Made by a program: the position numbers and the translations under genes. 64,000 nt of DNA from Vicinamibacteria bacterium (GTDB lineage: Bacteria > Acidobacteriota > Vicinamibacteria > Marinacidobacterales > Marinacidobacteraceae). Of the stretch, positions 45,946-61,564 are shown piece by piece. Position 1 is the first letter of the stretch, and every line of letters starts with the position of its first letter. The notes beneath the pieces were generated by a model that worked only from the letters and a program-made list of their open reading frames with translations, ran no database searches and was not told the DNA's origin. The DNA is taken from the NCBI GenBank assembly GCA_963422395.1, contig OY729431.1, positions 64,001 to 128,000 on the forward strand, written 5' to 3'.

Positions 45946-45958
45946 CGTCTCTCCCTCC

Positions 45959-46237
45959 TCAGCAGCCCGCGGGCTGCCCTCCCGCAGATTCCGGAACCGG
46001 ATCGTAGCCGGACCCTCCGAACGGGCGGCAGCGCAGCAGCCGCCGTCCGCCCAGCAGCGTACCCCGCAGCGCGCCGTACCGGCGGATCGCTTCCTCGGTA
46101 TACCGGGAACAGGAAGGTTCGAATCGGCAGACGCCGGGGAAGAGCGCTCCCAGACTCATCCGGTACAGCCGGATGGCGACGACCGAAAGACCGGCAGGAA
46201 GGCGGCGGAGGGCCGCAGGCGAATTTCCGGAGGTCAA
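45959..46237 (-). CDS. yidD: Membrane protein insertion efficiency factor YidD
   Basis: CRFEPSCSRY...RLLRCRPFGGSGYDPVP; TTG overlaps the rnpA stop. Confidence 0.9.
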   Translation of the reverse strand: MTSGNSPAALRRLPAGLSVVAIRLYRMSLGALFPGVCRFEPSCSRYTEEAIRRYGALRGTLLGGRRLLRCRPFGGSGYDPVPESAGGQPAGC

Positions 46238-46755
46238 GGAGTCTGCCCCCTCCCGGTCGAAGGCGGCCCGCCTCTCCGGCCCAGAGCGCGCCGGCGGGCG
46301 GAGCCGAGCGCCGCTGCATAGGCAGCAGTCAGTCCCGCCCACGGCGCTTCGCCGATTCCCCGTCGGGCTACGAGAACCACATCCCCCGCCGGCCGCCGCG
46401 GCGCGCGCCGCCACAGCTCGCGGAGCCGCCTCTTCGCCCGGGACCTGCGGACTGCGCCCCCCACCTTCCGACTCGCCACCACGCCGATCCGGGCCGGCGC
46501 CGCATCACTCGCGGAAGACAGGAAGAGGACGAACCAAGGGGAAACGCCCCGCACTCCCGAGGACATCACCGCGCGGAATTCGCCGGACCGCCGGATGCGA
46601 TGCCCGATGCCCAGCCCCTCTCTACCTCGACCCTCTCCATCCAGCCTCTCGCCGCTCGCCCCCCCGGCGCGCTCACTCCCGCGGCCGGGGTTCGCTCGTG
46701 GACTTCCCGCCACGGAACCCCGGAAGCCTGCCCGGATCGTTCTTCTCGAACCCAT
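46234..46755 (-). CDS. rnpA: Ribonuclease P protein component (true start probably near 46640)
   Basis: RIGVVASRKVGGAVRRSRAKRRLRE (RNR-like motif), DVVLVAR. Confidence 0.88.
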   Translation of the reverse strand: MGSRRTIRAGFRGSVAGSPRANPGRGSERAGGASGERLDGEGRGREGLGIGHRIRRSGEFRAVMSSGVRGVSPWFVLFLSSASDAAPARIGVVASRKVGGAVRRSRAKRRLRELWRRAPRRPAGDVVLVARRGIGEAPWAGLTAAYAAALGSARRRALGRRGGPPSTGRGQTP

Positions 46756-46899
46756 CGTGAACAGATAGAGAACCGGACGATGGGTCGGAGCAGGGGGTGT
46801 TGCGACAGCAGGACAGTTACGCGGCCATCGAACGGAAGGGGACAGCGAAGACCGAACTATCTCGCGGAATCGATCGGCGGAGGCGGGAGGGATGAAGGC

Positions 46900-47034
46900 T
46901 CAGGCCGAAAGGCGGCGACGGCCGCGCCGCCGCCGCCGGGCGAGGACCGCACGGCCTCCCGGAGTGCTCATCCGCGCCCGGAAACCATGCTTCCGTTTCC
47001 GCCGCCGCCTGTTGGGCTGAAAGGTTCTCTTCAC
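46900..47034 (-). CDS. rpmH: 50S ribosomal protein L34 (absent from the ORF track because it is short)
   Basis: Hand translation [44 protein letters not shown]. Confidence 0.97.
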   Translation of the reverse strand: MKRTFQPNRRRRKRKHGFRARMSTPGGRAVLARRRRRGRRRLSA

Positions 47035-47121
47035 GGGTGTTCTTTCTCCGAAGTCTTTGAAAATCCAAGGACAAAAGGCGGAATCGCCATCTCGTTCCGT
47101 CGATACCTGGCAACTCGTCAG

Positions 47122-47149
47122 ATTATCGCTTCCGATAGTTTCAAGTCAA
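47122..47149 (-). promoter_or_regulatory. Putative rpmH promoter (TTGACT-16 bp-GATAAT)
   Basis: Near-consensus boxes on the minus strand about 90 bp upstream of rpmH. Confidence 0.5.
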
Positions 47150-47493
47150 GCACTCTTTGCGCAGAGGCTGCCGAACCTTCCGCCTTCGCGAGCAGAATCT
47201 TGGAGTTCTCGGACCGGCGAAGGAGCGGTCCGGATCCGGAGGGAACGAGGTTTCTCGAACAGCCGCTCCAGACAGACCACTGGCGCCCGCTTTCCCGCTG
47301 CGCCGCCGCCGTAGAGAAAGTGATCGCCCAAGGAATTCCGAAGGAAACGGGAGTGGGGCTGGGAGGCATCCCAACCCGCGTTTACATTTCGCCGCTTCTT
47401 GGGAAGCGCTGGCCTCCCGAATGGGCCATTCCCGCTCCCTTTCCCTGCTCTCCGCACCACGCCGGACACCCTGCCGGCGGATCGAAAATCTCC

Positions 47494-48864
47494 TTGCCTC
47501 CACCGCTCTATCTGACGACCTCGGATCCCCTTCGAAAAACCGCCGCCGAGCGATGGGACCGTGCGCTGCAGCGAATCCGACAACAGATTCCGGAGCGGGA
47601 GTACCGCACCTGGGTGGCCCCGGCACGGTTTCTCGGTGAGGACCGCGGAATCTTTCGGATCGAAGTGCCGAACGCCACCTTCGCGAACCGGATCGAGGGA
47701 GAATTCCAGAATCGCATTCTGGAGGCGCTCCGGAGCGTCGGCTTCCAAGGCAATGCGGTCCGCTGCGAAGTAGCCGACGAAACCGAATCTTCTCCGGGGA
47801 ATCCGAGCAGGGCGTTCGCCGCCTACAGCTTGCCGATTTCGGACGCTTACGGCTTCGAAACCTTCGTCGTCGGCGCGCAAAACCGCTGCGCTCACGCGGC
47901 GGCGCTCGCAGTCAGCGATGTCCAAGCCGACAAACGGCGGCGAGATGCGTTGAACCCGCTGCTGATCTACGGAGCCCCAGGGCTCGGCAAGACGCACCTG
48001 CTGCAATCCATCGCCAGGCGCCTGCTCGCCCGGACCCCGGATCTGAATATCCTTTTCACCAAGGGGGAAGCGTTCACCCGACAGGTCGTGCAGGCCGTGC
48101 GCAGCGGGAGTCTGTACGACTTCCGCGACCGCTGCGCCACGCTCGATGTTCTTCTCGTGGACGATTTGCAGTTCATCGCCGGACTCGACCGTTTCAGCCG
48201 CAGCACCGAGGAGTTCTTCCACACTCTGAACGCTCTCTCGGAACGAGGGCGCCAGATCGTGCTCACCGCGAACTCCCATCCCCAAGAGGTCGAGAATCTC
48301 GACGACCGGATCAAGAGCCGGCTCGCGAGCGGCCTCGCGGCCGACATCGGCCATCCTGACCGGGAGACCCGGGTCGCGATCGTGACCCGAAAGGCGGCTC
48401 TGCTCGACTTCCCCCTGTCGGAAGGGGCCGCGGAACAGATCGCGGACCATTACCGGAACAATGTCCGCCAACTCGAAGGCGCTTTGAAACGGCTCATCGC
48501 GCTTTCGGGTGCCGAGAGCATCCCGGTCTCGCGGGAACTCGTCGCCCGGGCGGTGGCGAGCCCGCTCTCGGGCCCGCCCCGGCGGCCGTCCCTGGACAAG
48601 ATTCTCGTCACCACCGCCACCATGTTCGGAGTCCCGCTGCTCCATCTGCGCAGCCGCAGACGCAGCCACGACCTCAGTCTGGCGCGCCACGCGGCGATGT
48701 ATCTCTGCCGGGAAGTGACCCACGCGACGCTGCAGGAGATCGGGAACGAATTCCGGCGGGACCACTCCTCGGTCAGCTACGGAGTGCGTCGGATCCAGCA
48801 TCAGCGCTCGCGGGATCCCGGCCTCGAAGAGATGCTGCAGCGCGTGCTGCGCACCTTCGACTGA
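47494..48864 (+). CDS. dnaA: Chromosomal replication initiator DnaA (start uncertain; TTG assumed)
   Basis: FETFVVG, NPLLIYGAPGLGKTHL, LLVDDLQFI, EEFFHTLN, NVRQLEGAL, RDHSSV. Confidence 0.95.
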   Translation: MPPPLYLTTSDPLRKTAAERWDRALQRIRQQIPEREYRTWVAPARFLGEDRGIFRIEVPNATFANRIEGEFQNRILEALRSVGFQGNAVRCEVADETESSPGNPSRAFAAYSLPISDAYGFETFVVGAQNRCAHAAALAVSDVQADKRRRDALNPLLIYGAPGLGKTHLLQSIARRLLARTPDLNILFTKGEAFTRQVVQAVRSGSLYDFRDRCATLDVLLVDDLQFIAGLDRFSRSTEEFFHTLNALSERGRQIVLTANSHPQEVENLDDRIKSRLASGLAADIGHPDRETRVAIVTRKAALLDFPLSEGAAEQIADHYRNNVRQLEGALKRLIALSGAESIPVSRELVARAVASPLSGPPRRPSLDKILVTTATMFGVPLLHLRSRRRSHDLSLARHAAMYLCREVTHATLQEIGNEFRRDHSSVSYGVRRIQHQRSRDPGLEEMLQRVLRTFD

Positions 48865-49383
48865 ACCACCCCCGGACCTCCCCGCCTGTGGGTGAGAGCG
48901 GCGCGAGCTCCAGGAGCGGTCCCGTTCTCCCGACCGGGACCCGGCGGAGCCTCACCGGGAGAACGGGGCATCGCCAGCCGACGGCCGGATGACGACTCGC
49001 GGGTGGTAGCGATCGTGGAAACCCTGGGGAAAACGAGGAAGAGAATGGGAATTTCCATTGGAAAAAGCGCGCCCTTCGGATGTCGGGCCGACCGACTTCC
49101 CGGCTTTCCCCGCACGACTACCGGAAACGAGCGCTTCGCCAACAAGGGACTCGACCGATAACCCCAAGAAAATTCGTTAGGTTGTGATCGCTTTTCCCGG
49201 TTTCCCCACCACCTTCTAATTCTCTATAATTCGATGTCTTATCGAGACCAGAAACAGATTCGAGAATCCATGCCGGAGCGCGCCCTCGATCCTCTCCTTG
49301 CTAGCCAGAGAAAACGCCGACGGATTGCTTCTTCCCTTCGATCCGCAGAACCAGGACCGGTAGAGAACCTCCGGTAGAGAACT
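48865..49383. other. Probable replication origin (oriC) in the dnaA-dnaN spacer
   Basis: ~520-bp non-coding gap; degenerate DnaA-box-like 9-mers (e.g. TGTGGGTGA, CGTGGAAAC, TGGGGAAAA); AT-rich patch near 49215-49245. Confidence 0.55.
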
Positions 49384-55745
<6,362 letters not shown>

Positions 55746-55756
55746 CGGTTCTACCG

Positions 55757-56323
55757 GTGGACGAGCGGGACCGGGAGCGCGACCGGGCTGCCCTGCTCTC
55801 GGTGCTGTGTCGGGAGTCGGTACGTTTCGGCAGGTTCCCTCTCGCCAACGGCGGGTTCACCGAGGTCTATGTGGACGCCCGGCTGACCGTGCTCCGCTCT
55901 GACGCCGCCGCGCTGGTGGGACGGGTGTTGCTCGACGCGATGGATCGGCGCGGTTTCGCCGCGGCGGCGGTGGGGGGGATGGCTGCCGGTGCGATTCCGC
56001 TCGCCGCCGCCGCAGTGATGGCGGCCGGAGCCGGGGGTCGGGAACTGGCCGGATTCTTCGTGCGGAAAGAGGCGAAGGAACACGGCCGCGCCCGCCGGGT
56101 CGAGGGGGTCGAAGAGCCCGGCGGCCCCGCGGTCGTCCTCGAGGACACCGCCACCACCGGAAAATCCACCCTGGCGGCGGTCGAGGCCGCCCGGAAGGCC
56201 GGCTTCACCGTGACCGGCGCGGTGGCGCTGGTGGATCGGGGCATGGGCGCGGGAGCGAGGCTGGAGTCTGCCGGGACTCCCTTCGAGGCCGTCTTCACGC
56301 TCGCCGAACTGACCGGCTTCTGA
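55757..56323 (+). CDS. pyrE: Orotate phosphoribosyltransferase
   Basis: YVDAR, FFVRKEAKEHG, VVLEDTATTGKS. Confidence 0.93.
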   Translation: MDERDRERDRAALLSVLCRESVRFGRFPLANGGFTEVYVDARLTVLRSDAAALVGRVLLDAMDRRGFAAAAVGGMAAGAIPLAAAAVMAAGAGGRELAGFFVRKEAKEHGRARRVEGVEEPGGPAVVLEDTATTGKSTLAAVEAARKAGFTVTGAVALVDRGMGAGARLESAGTPFEAVFTLAELTGF

Positions 56324-56333
56324 GCTCGCCGGT

Positions 56334-57275
56334 TTGTCCCTCCTCGCTTGCGTTTTCGCCGTGGTCGGGCTCGCTGGCCTCGCCTACGGCGCCGACTGGC
56401 TGGTTACCGGCGCCTCGGCGCTGGCGGTCCGGTTCCAGATCAGCCCGCTGGTGATCGGGTTGACGGTGGTTGCCTACGGGACTTCGGCCCCGGAGATCGG
56501 CGCTAGCCTGGTCGCGGTGCTGCGGGGGAGCCCCGGCCTCGCGGTCGGAAATGTGATCGGTAGCAACGCTGCGAACCTGGGACTGATCCTCGGGATCACC
56601 GCGGTAGCGCACCCCTTCGCGGTCCGCCGCGGTCAGCTCCGGCGTGAGTTCTGGTTCCTGTTCGCCGCCACCGGCCTCCTCTGGCCGCTTGCCTGGACCG
56701 GGGAGATCGACCGCTGGGTCGGATTTTGCTTCGTCGGATCGCTCGCTTTCTTCAATGGGCTCTCCGTGCGCTGGAGTCGGCGAGAAACGGGGAAAACCTC
56801 TCGCTCCGGCGCGGTCCTCGAGGCCGGCCCTCCGCTGGGGCGCAGCCTGGGGGCCATCCTCGCGGGCCTCGGCACCCTGCTGATCGGCGCCGATCTGCTG
56901 GTACGGGGGGCGACGGACATCGCCCGGGACCTCGGCGCCTCGGAAACGACGATCGGCTTCACCCTGGTCGCACTCGGCACTTCGCTGCCGGAGCTGGCGG
57001 CCTCGCTCGCCGCCGCCGCGCGGGGGCAGATCCAGATGGTGGCGGGCAATGTGATCGGGAGCAATCTCTTCAATGTGCTCGGTGCGCTCGGGATTCCGGC
57101 GGCGGCCGTCGGGGTCGTCATGGAACCCGAGCTGCTGACGGCGGAGATTCCGGGGGTCTTGCTGCTCACCGGACTGGCTGGCGTCTTGCTTCTCAGCGGG
57201 CGCCGGCTGGGGCGGCTTGCCGGGGCCGGCCTGCTGACCGCCTACGCCGGCTATGCGGCGTTCGTGCTGCTCTGA
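56334..57275 (+). CDS. Ca2+/Na+ antiporter (YrbG family)
   Basis: Two alpha repeats: GTSAPE...GNVIGSN and GTSLPE...GNVIGSN. Confidence 0.93.
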   Translation: MSLLACVFAVVGLAGLAYGADWLVTGASALAVRFQISPLVIGLTVVAYGTSAPEIGASLVAVLRGSPGLAVGNVIGSNAANLGLILGITAVAHPFAVRRGQLRREFWFLFAATGLLWPLAWTGEIDRWVGFCFVGSLAFFNGLSVRWSRRETGKTSRSGAVLEAGPPLGRSLGAILAGLGTLLIGADLLVRGATDIARDLGASETTIGFTLVALGTSLPELAASLAAAARGQIQMVAGNVIGSNLFNVLGALGIPAAAVGVVMEPELLTAEIPGVLLLTGLAGVLLLSGRRLGRLAGAGLLTAYAGYAAFVLL

Positions 57276-57278
57276 CCC

Positions 57279-58328
57279 ATGAGACCAGACCGCGAAGCCA
57301 TCGAGACCGCCCCCGGGATCGCTTTCGCCGAACCGCTCCCGGACGCGGTGCGGGAGATCGCCGAACAGGCCTTCGCCGATCTTCGACTGCGGATCCCCGC
57401 CTCGGATTCGCCGGCCGCCATCCGCGCGGCGATCCGCGGCGCCGACGCCCTCATCGCCCGGCGGCGGCGGATCGGTGCGCGCGAACTGGACGAAGCCCGG
57501 CCCGCGCTGGTGCTGATGCTCGGGAGGAACCCGATCCCGGTTAGCCTCCGGGCGGCACGGAACCGGGGCATCCCGGTGAAGACGGTCGCACATCCGGGCG
57601 CGGTCGCGGTCGCCGACCACACGATGGCCCTCCTGCTCGCGGTCGCCCGGCGCCTCGTCGAAGGAGACCGGGGAGTACGGAACGGGACCTACCGGGAACG
57701 GGGCCTCACGCCGCAGCCGACCAGCGAACGCTCTTTCGCTTTCAACTGGCTGGGCCGGAAGGACGCCTTCCTGCTCGACGAACTCCGGCTGGGGCTCGTC
57801 GGTTTCGGCCAGATCGGACAGGAAGTAGCCCGCCGAGCGGCCGGTTTCGGGATGCGGGTCCGCTATTTCCAGCGCCGGCCGCTCGGCCGCGGCTGGAACC
57901 GGCGGCTCGGGGTGGAGCCGGCCGCGTCGCTCGAAGCGCTGCTCCGGGGCTCCGAAGTGATCAGCCTCCACGCTCCGCACACCGCGGAGACGGAGAACCT
58001 GCTGGACGCCGCGGCGCTCGACCGGCTGCGGCCGGGCGCAGTGGTGGTGAACACCGCCCGGGGCGGGCTCGTGGACGAAGCCGCCCTCGCCGAACGGCTC
58101 CGGGACGGGCGGCTCGGCGGCGCCGGACTCGATGTGTTCCGCGAGGAACCGCTGCCCGCCGGCCACCCGTTCGAGAAAACCCCGCGCCTCGTCCTCGCCC
58201 CGCACACCGGCGGAGCGGGCTCCGGGGGGCAGCGGGAACTCTTCCGGCGCGCCGCGGACCTGGTCCGGACCTTCTTCACCGCCGCCTCGAACGACACTTC
58301 GATCTTCCGGGAGGACCCCGCCTCATGA
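57279..58328 (+). CDS. D-isomer-specific 2-hydroxyacid dehydrogenase
   Basis: GFGQIG, VNTARG, LDVF..EP, APHTG. Confidence 0.9.
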   Translation: MRPDREAIETAPGIAFAEPLPDAVREIAEQAFADLRLRIPASDSPAAIRAAIRGADALIARRRRIGARELDEARPALVLMLGRNPIPVSLRAARNRGIPVKTVAHPGAVAVADHTMALLLAVARRLVEGDRGVRNGTYRERGLTPQPTSERSFAFNWLGRKDAFLLDELRLGLVGFGQIGQEVARRAAGFGMRVRYFQRRPLGRGWNRRLGVEPAASLEALLRGSEVISLHAPHTAETENLLDAAALDRLRPGAVVVNTARGGLVDEAALAERLRDGRLGGAGLDVFREEPLPAGHPFEKTPRLVLAPHTGGAGSGGQRELFRRAADLVRTFFTAASNDTSIFREDPAS

Positions 58329-59371
58329 CAGAACAGAACCACGCTCTAGCCGTTGGGCCGCTGACCTGTGCCGCGGGTGAACGCGCCTCCGGCGTGGTCC
58401 CCGCGCTTTCCCGAGTGGATGGGACCGCCCTCGGCTTCCCCGTCCTCCTCGCGAACGGCGTCCGTTCCGGGCCGGTGCTGCTGCTCGACGGCGGCATCCA
58501 CGGCGACGAACAAGAAGGCACACTCGCGGTCACCGAGTTCGTCCGGGAGCTCGATCCGGGCGCGCTCTCCGGCGCAGTGATCGCGGTTCCGGTGATGAAT
58601 GTGGGTGCCTTCGAGGCGATGTCACGGGGAAATCCACGGGATACCCACACCCACGACATGAACCGCAGCTATCCGGGACGGCCCGCCGGCTACCTCACCG
58701 ACCGGGTGGCGGACGCCCACTCCCGACTGGCGGCGAGCCTCGCCGACATCGAGATCACGATCCATTCGGGGGGGAACATCTGCTATCTCGGCGAGACGAT
58801 CTTCACCACCGCGGGCGACGAGGCCGGGCTCGAACTCGCGCAGGCGATGGGCCCGGACTGGACGATCGTGCTGGACACCCCGCACCCGGCGGGTTCGCCG
58901 ATGGCGGCGATGACCCGGGCCGGCAAGCCGGCGATCACTGTGGAACTCGGAGGCAGCGCGGCGGCGATGCCGACGCGGCTCCGCGCGAATGTGGACACCC
59001 TGAAGCGCGCGTTCGGCAATGTCTGCCGGCACTACGGCCTGCTCTCCGGGGAACCGGACTACGCGCCCCGGCTCTGGCGCGGGCGGCAGAGTGTGGTGAT
59101 GGCCAGCCGCAGCGGGATCCTCAGCCCTGCGGCCGGGCTCGCCGAGGACCATCTGAAGCGGAAGATCCGGGCGGGGCAGACCCTGCTCCGCATCCACGAT
59201 CTGCTCGGGGCGCCCCTCGAAGCACTGCAGGCTCCCTGCGACGGAGTGCTCTTCGGCTTTCGCACCTACCCCTCGACCACCGCCGGGGACTGGACCCTGT
59301 TCTGCGGCGACGCGGAGTTCGTCCCCGTCGAGCCGCCGCCGCCGCGCGAGATGCACGGGCGCTCCCGATGA
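58325..59371 (+). CDS. AstE/AspA (M14-like) deacylase
   Basis: GGIHGDE, DMNRSYPG, IHSGG, TVELGG. Confidence 0.88.
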   Translation: MTEQNHALAVGPLTCAAGERASGVVPALSRVDGTALGFPVLLANGVRSGPVLLLDGGIHGDEQEGTLAVTEFVRELDPGALSGAVIAVPVMNVGAFEAMSRGNPRDTHTHDMNRSYPGRPAGYLTDRVADAHSRLAASLADIEITIHSGGNICYLGETIFTTAGDEAGLELAQAMGPDWTIVLDTPHPAGSPMAAMTRAGKPAITVELGGSAAAMPTRLRANVDTLKRAFGNVCRHYGLLSGEPDYAPRLWRGRQSVVMASRSGILSPAAGLAEDHLKRKIRAGQTLLRIHDLLGAPLEALQAPCDGVLFGFRTYPSTTAGDWTLFCGDAEFVPVEPPPPREMHGRSR

Positions 59372-60546
59372 TCACCGAGCCGCTGCTGCTTTTCGCGTTC
59401 CTGCTGCTCGTCGTCGCGGCGGCGCGCCGTGCGGAGGAACGCTGGAAGGCGATCCAGAAGATCAGCTCGGCGGTCGTCTGCACTCTGCTCGGCATCCTGC
59501 TCGCCAACCTCGGGGTGATCCCGCGCGGCGGGGAGTTCATGGACTCGATCTCCCGCTTCGCCATTCCCTACGCGATCGTGCTGTTCGTGCTCTCCACTCG
59601 GCTCGCCGACCTGCGCCGCGCCGGCCCCCGGATGGTGCTCGGCTTCGGGCTCGCCGGGTTCGGGACCTTCGTCGGGGCTCTCGCCGCCAGCCTGCTGTTC
59701 GCCGGGGTGCTCGGGCCGGAGACCTGGAAGCTGGGCGGGACCTTCGCCGGAGCCTTCTTCGGCGGGGGGCTCAACTTCGCTGCCGTCGGGCAGGGGCTCG
59801 AGATGTCGGACAGCCTCTTCGCCGGGGCCTTCGTCGTGGACAACCTCTCGACGGTTCCGTGGATGCTCACGCAGGTGGCGCTCGCTTCGGCGCTCGCCGC
59901 GGTCTTCGGCCGGCGCGCCGCGGGGAAGGTCGGCGCCGTTCCCGAAAACCCCGAAACCGCTGCCGGGTCCGACGAGAGCACCGAGAACCCCGATGTGCTT
60001 CGGCGGACCTGGACCGAGGGCGCGCTCTCGATCACCCACCTCGCGGTCCTCGCCGCGATCCCGCTGCTGGCGCTTACCGCTGCCGGCCTCTTCGCCCAGG
60101 TGTTTCCGGGGGTGCCCGAGGTGTTGTGGTTGACCACCATCGCCCTCGCGCTCGGCCAGATTCCGCTGATCCAGCGGCTTTCGGGCTCGGCGATGCTCTC
60201 CTACTTCGCCCTCCACATCTTCTTCCTCGTGATCGGCGCTGCCTCCGATGTCCGGGAAGTGGCGGCCGCCGGACCCTGGCTCTTCCTCTACATGCTCCTC
60301 ATCATCGCGGTGCATGCGCTGGTGGTGTACGGGGTCGGCTGGATCGCGCGTTTCGATCTGGCTACCGTGACCCTTTCGAGCCAGGCTGCGGTCGGCGGCC
60401 CCGGGTCGGCGCTAGCGCTCGGGATGGCGCTCCGTTGGAAGCACCGGATCGCCCCGGCGGTGATCGTGGGCATCTTCGGCTATGGATTCGGCAACTATCT
60501 GGGCTTCGCGACCGCTTGGCTGTTGCGCGGGATGCTTCCCGCCTGA
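59368..60546 (+). CDS. DUF819-family membrane protein (putative transporter)
   Basis: Multiple TMs; GGGLNFAAV, SQAAVGGPGSA, GIFGYGFGNYLG. Confidence 0.8.
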   Translation: MITEPLLLFAFLLLVVAAARRAEERWKAIQKISSAVVCTLLGILLANLGVIPRGGEFMDSISRFAIPYAIVLFVLSTRLADLRRAGPRMVLGFGLAGFGTFVGALAASLLFAGVLGPETWKLGGTFAGAFFGGGLNFAAVGQGLEMSDSLFAGAFVVDNLSTVPWMLTQVALASALAAVFGRRAAGKVGAVPENPETAAGSDESTENPDVLRRTWTEGALSITHLAVLAAIPLLALTAAGLFAQVFPGVPEVLWLTTIALALGQIPLIQRLSGSAMLSYFALHIFFLVIGAASDVREVAAAGPWLFLYMLLIIAVHALVVYGVGWIARFDLATVTLSSQAAVGGPGSALALGMALRWKHRIAPAVIVGIFGYGFGNYLGFATAWLLRGMLPA

Positions 60547-60565
60547 GCAGGGGGAGGAACCGGGG

Positions 60566-61378
60566 ATGGGGCCGACGCTCCGGGGACGCCGGGTGCTCGT
60601 CACCGGCGCGGCGCGCGGGCTCGGGGCTGCCGCCGCGCGGGAGCTCGCCGGGGAGGGCGCCGCGTGCATCCTGCTCGACAGCGCCGAAGACGAGCTGCAG
60701 GGCACGGTGCGGACCCTCGAACTGCGGGGCGCGGGGCCTTTCCCGGCGCTGCTCTGCGACCTCGCCGATCGGCAGAGCACCCTCGCGGCGGCGAAATCCG
60801 CGAAGGAAGCCTCAGACGGCGACCTCGGCTGCTTGATCCATTGTGCCGGAGTGCTGCGCCGGAGCCCGGTTGCCGAAGTGGACGACCGCGCCTGGGATGA
60901 GACGCTGGCGGTGAACCTGACCGCCGGATTCCTGCTGCTGCGGGCGCTGCTGCCCGAGCTTCGCGCCGGCGGCGGCGGGTCGGTGGTGCTCACCAGCTCG
61001 CGCGCCGGGGTTTCCGGCTTCGCCGGCGAGAGCGCCTACTGCGCGAGCAAATTCGCGGTCGAGGGGCTCGCGCAGGCAGCGGCGGCGGACCTCCGCGCCG
61101 ACCGGGTGGCGGTGAACACGATCACCCCGGGGGCCCGACGCATCAAGCCCACCGGCATGAGCGAAGCCGAGGAGCAGAGAATTCCCGTCTCCGCGCGCGG
61201 CTGGGGCTCTGCCGAAGATCTCGGCGCGGCTTTTTGCGCCTTGGCGCTGCTTCCGGACGACCGATTTCCGGAAGGGGGGCCCACCGGACGGCGATTCGAG
61301 GCGGATCGGGTTGCAGACACGGTCCACCGCCGCGGACTGCCGCTTTCCGAGGAAGTGTGGGCCGCACTCGCCGGATGA
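60566..61378 (+). CDS. Short-chain dehydrogenase/reductase
   Basis: TGAARGLG, AYCASKF, VNTITPG. Confidence 0.9.
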   Translation: MGPTLRGRRVLVTGAARGLGAAAARELAGEGAACILLDSAEDELQGTVRTLELRGAGPFPALLCDLADRQSTLAAAKSAKEASDGDLGCLIHCAGVLRRSPVAEVDDRAWDETLAVNLTAGFLLLRALLPELRAGGGGSVVLTSSRAGVSGFAGESAYCASKFAVEGLAQAAAADLRADRVAVNTITPGARRIKPTGMSEAEEQRIPVSARGWGSAEDLGAAFCALALLPDDRFPEGGPTGRRFEADRVADTVHRRGLPLSEEVWAALAG

Positions 61379-61564
61379 ACCTCTTCGGCCCCCTCCCGAC
61401 TACCGTACTCTCGGGCGGGGTCACGGACCTGTCCTCCTCGATCAGCGGCTTTCGACCCGCCGCCGCCAGTCACGATGCTGGACATACTCCACCGATGAAG
61501 AAGATCTTCGACAAGGTCGAAATCCTGTTTCGTTCGTTGATGCCCCTTTCGAGGCCATAGCGGG

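Noticed and set aside
45562-47493. Apparent 1100-aa DnaA with a long N-terminal extension
   Set aside because: The upstream part overlaps yidC, yidD, rnpA and rpmH on the other strand; it is simply an open frame
61375-61560. Short ORF between the SDR and the aminotransferase (ends MKKIFDKVEILFRSLMPLSRP)
   Set aside because: No recognisable motif and atypical codon usage; cannot be supported as a gene
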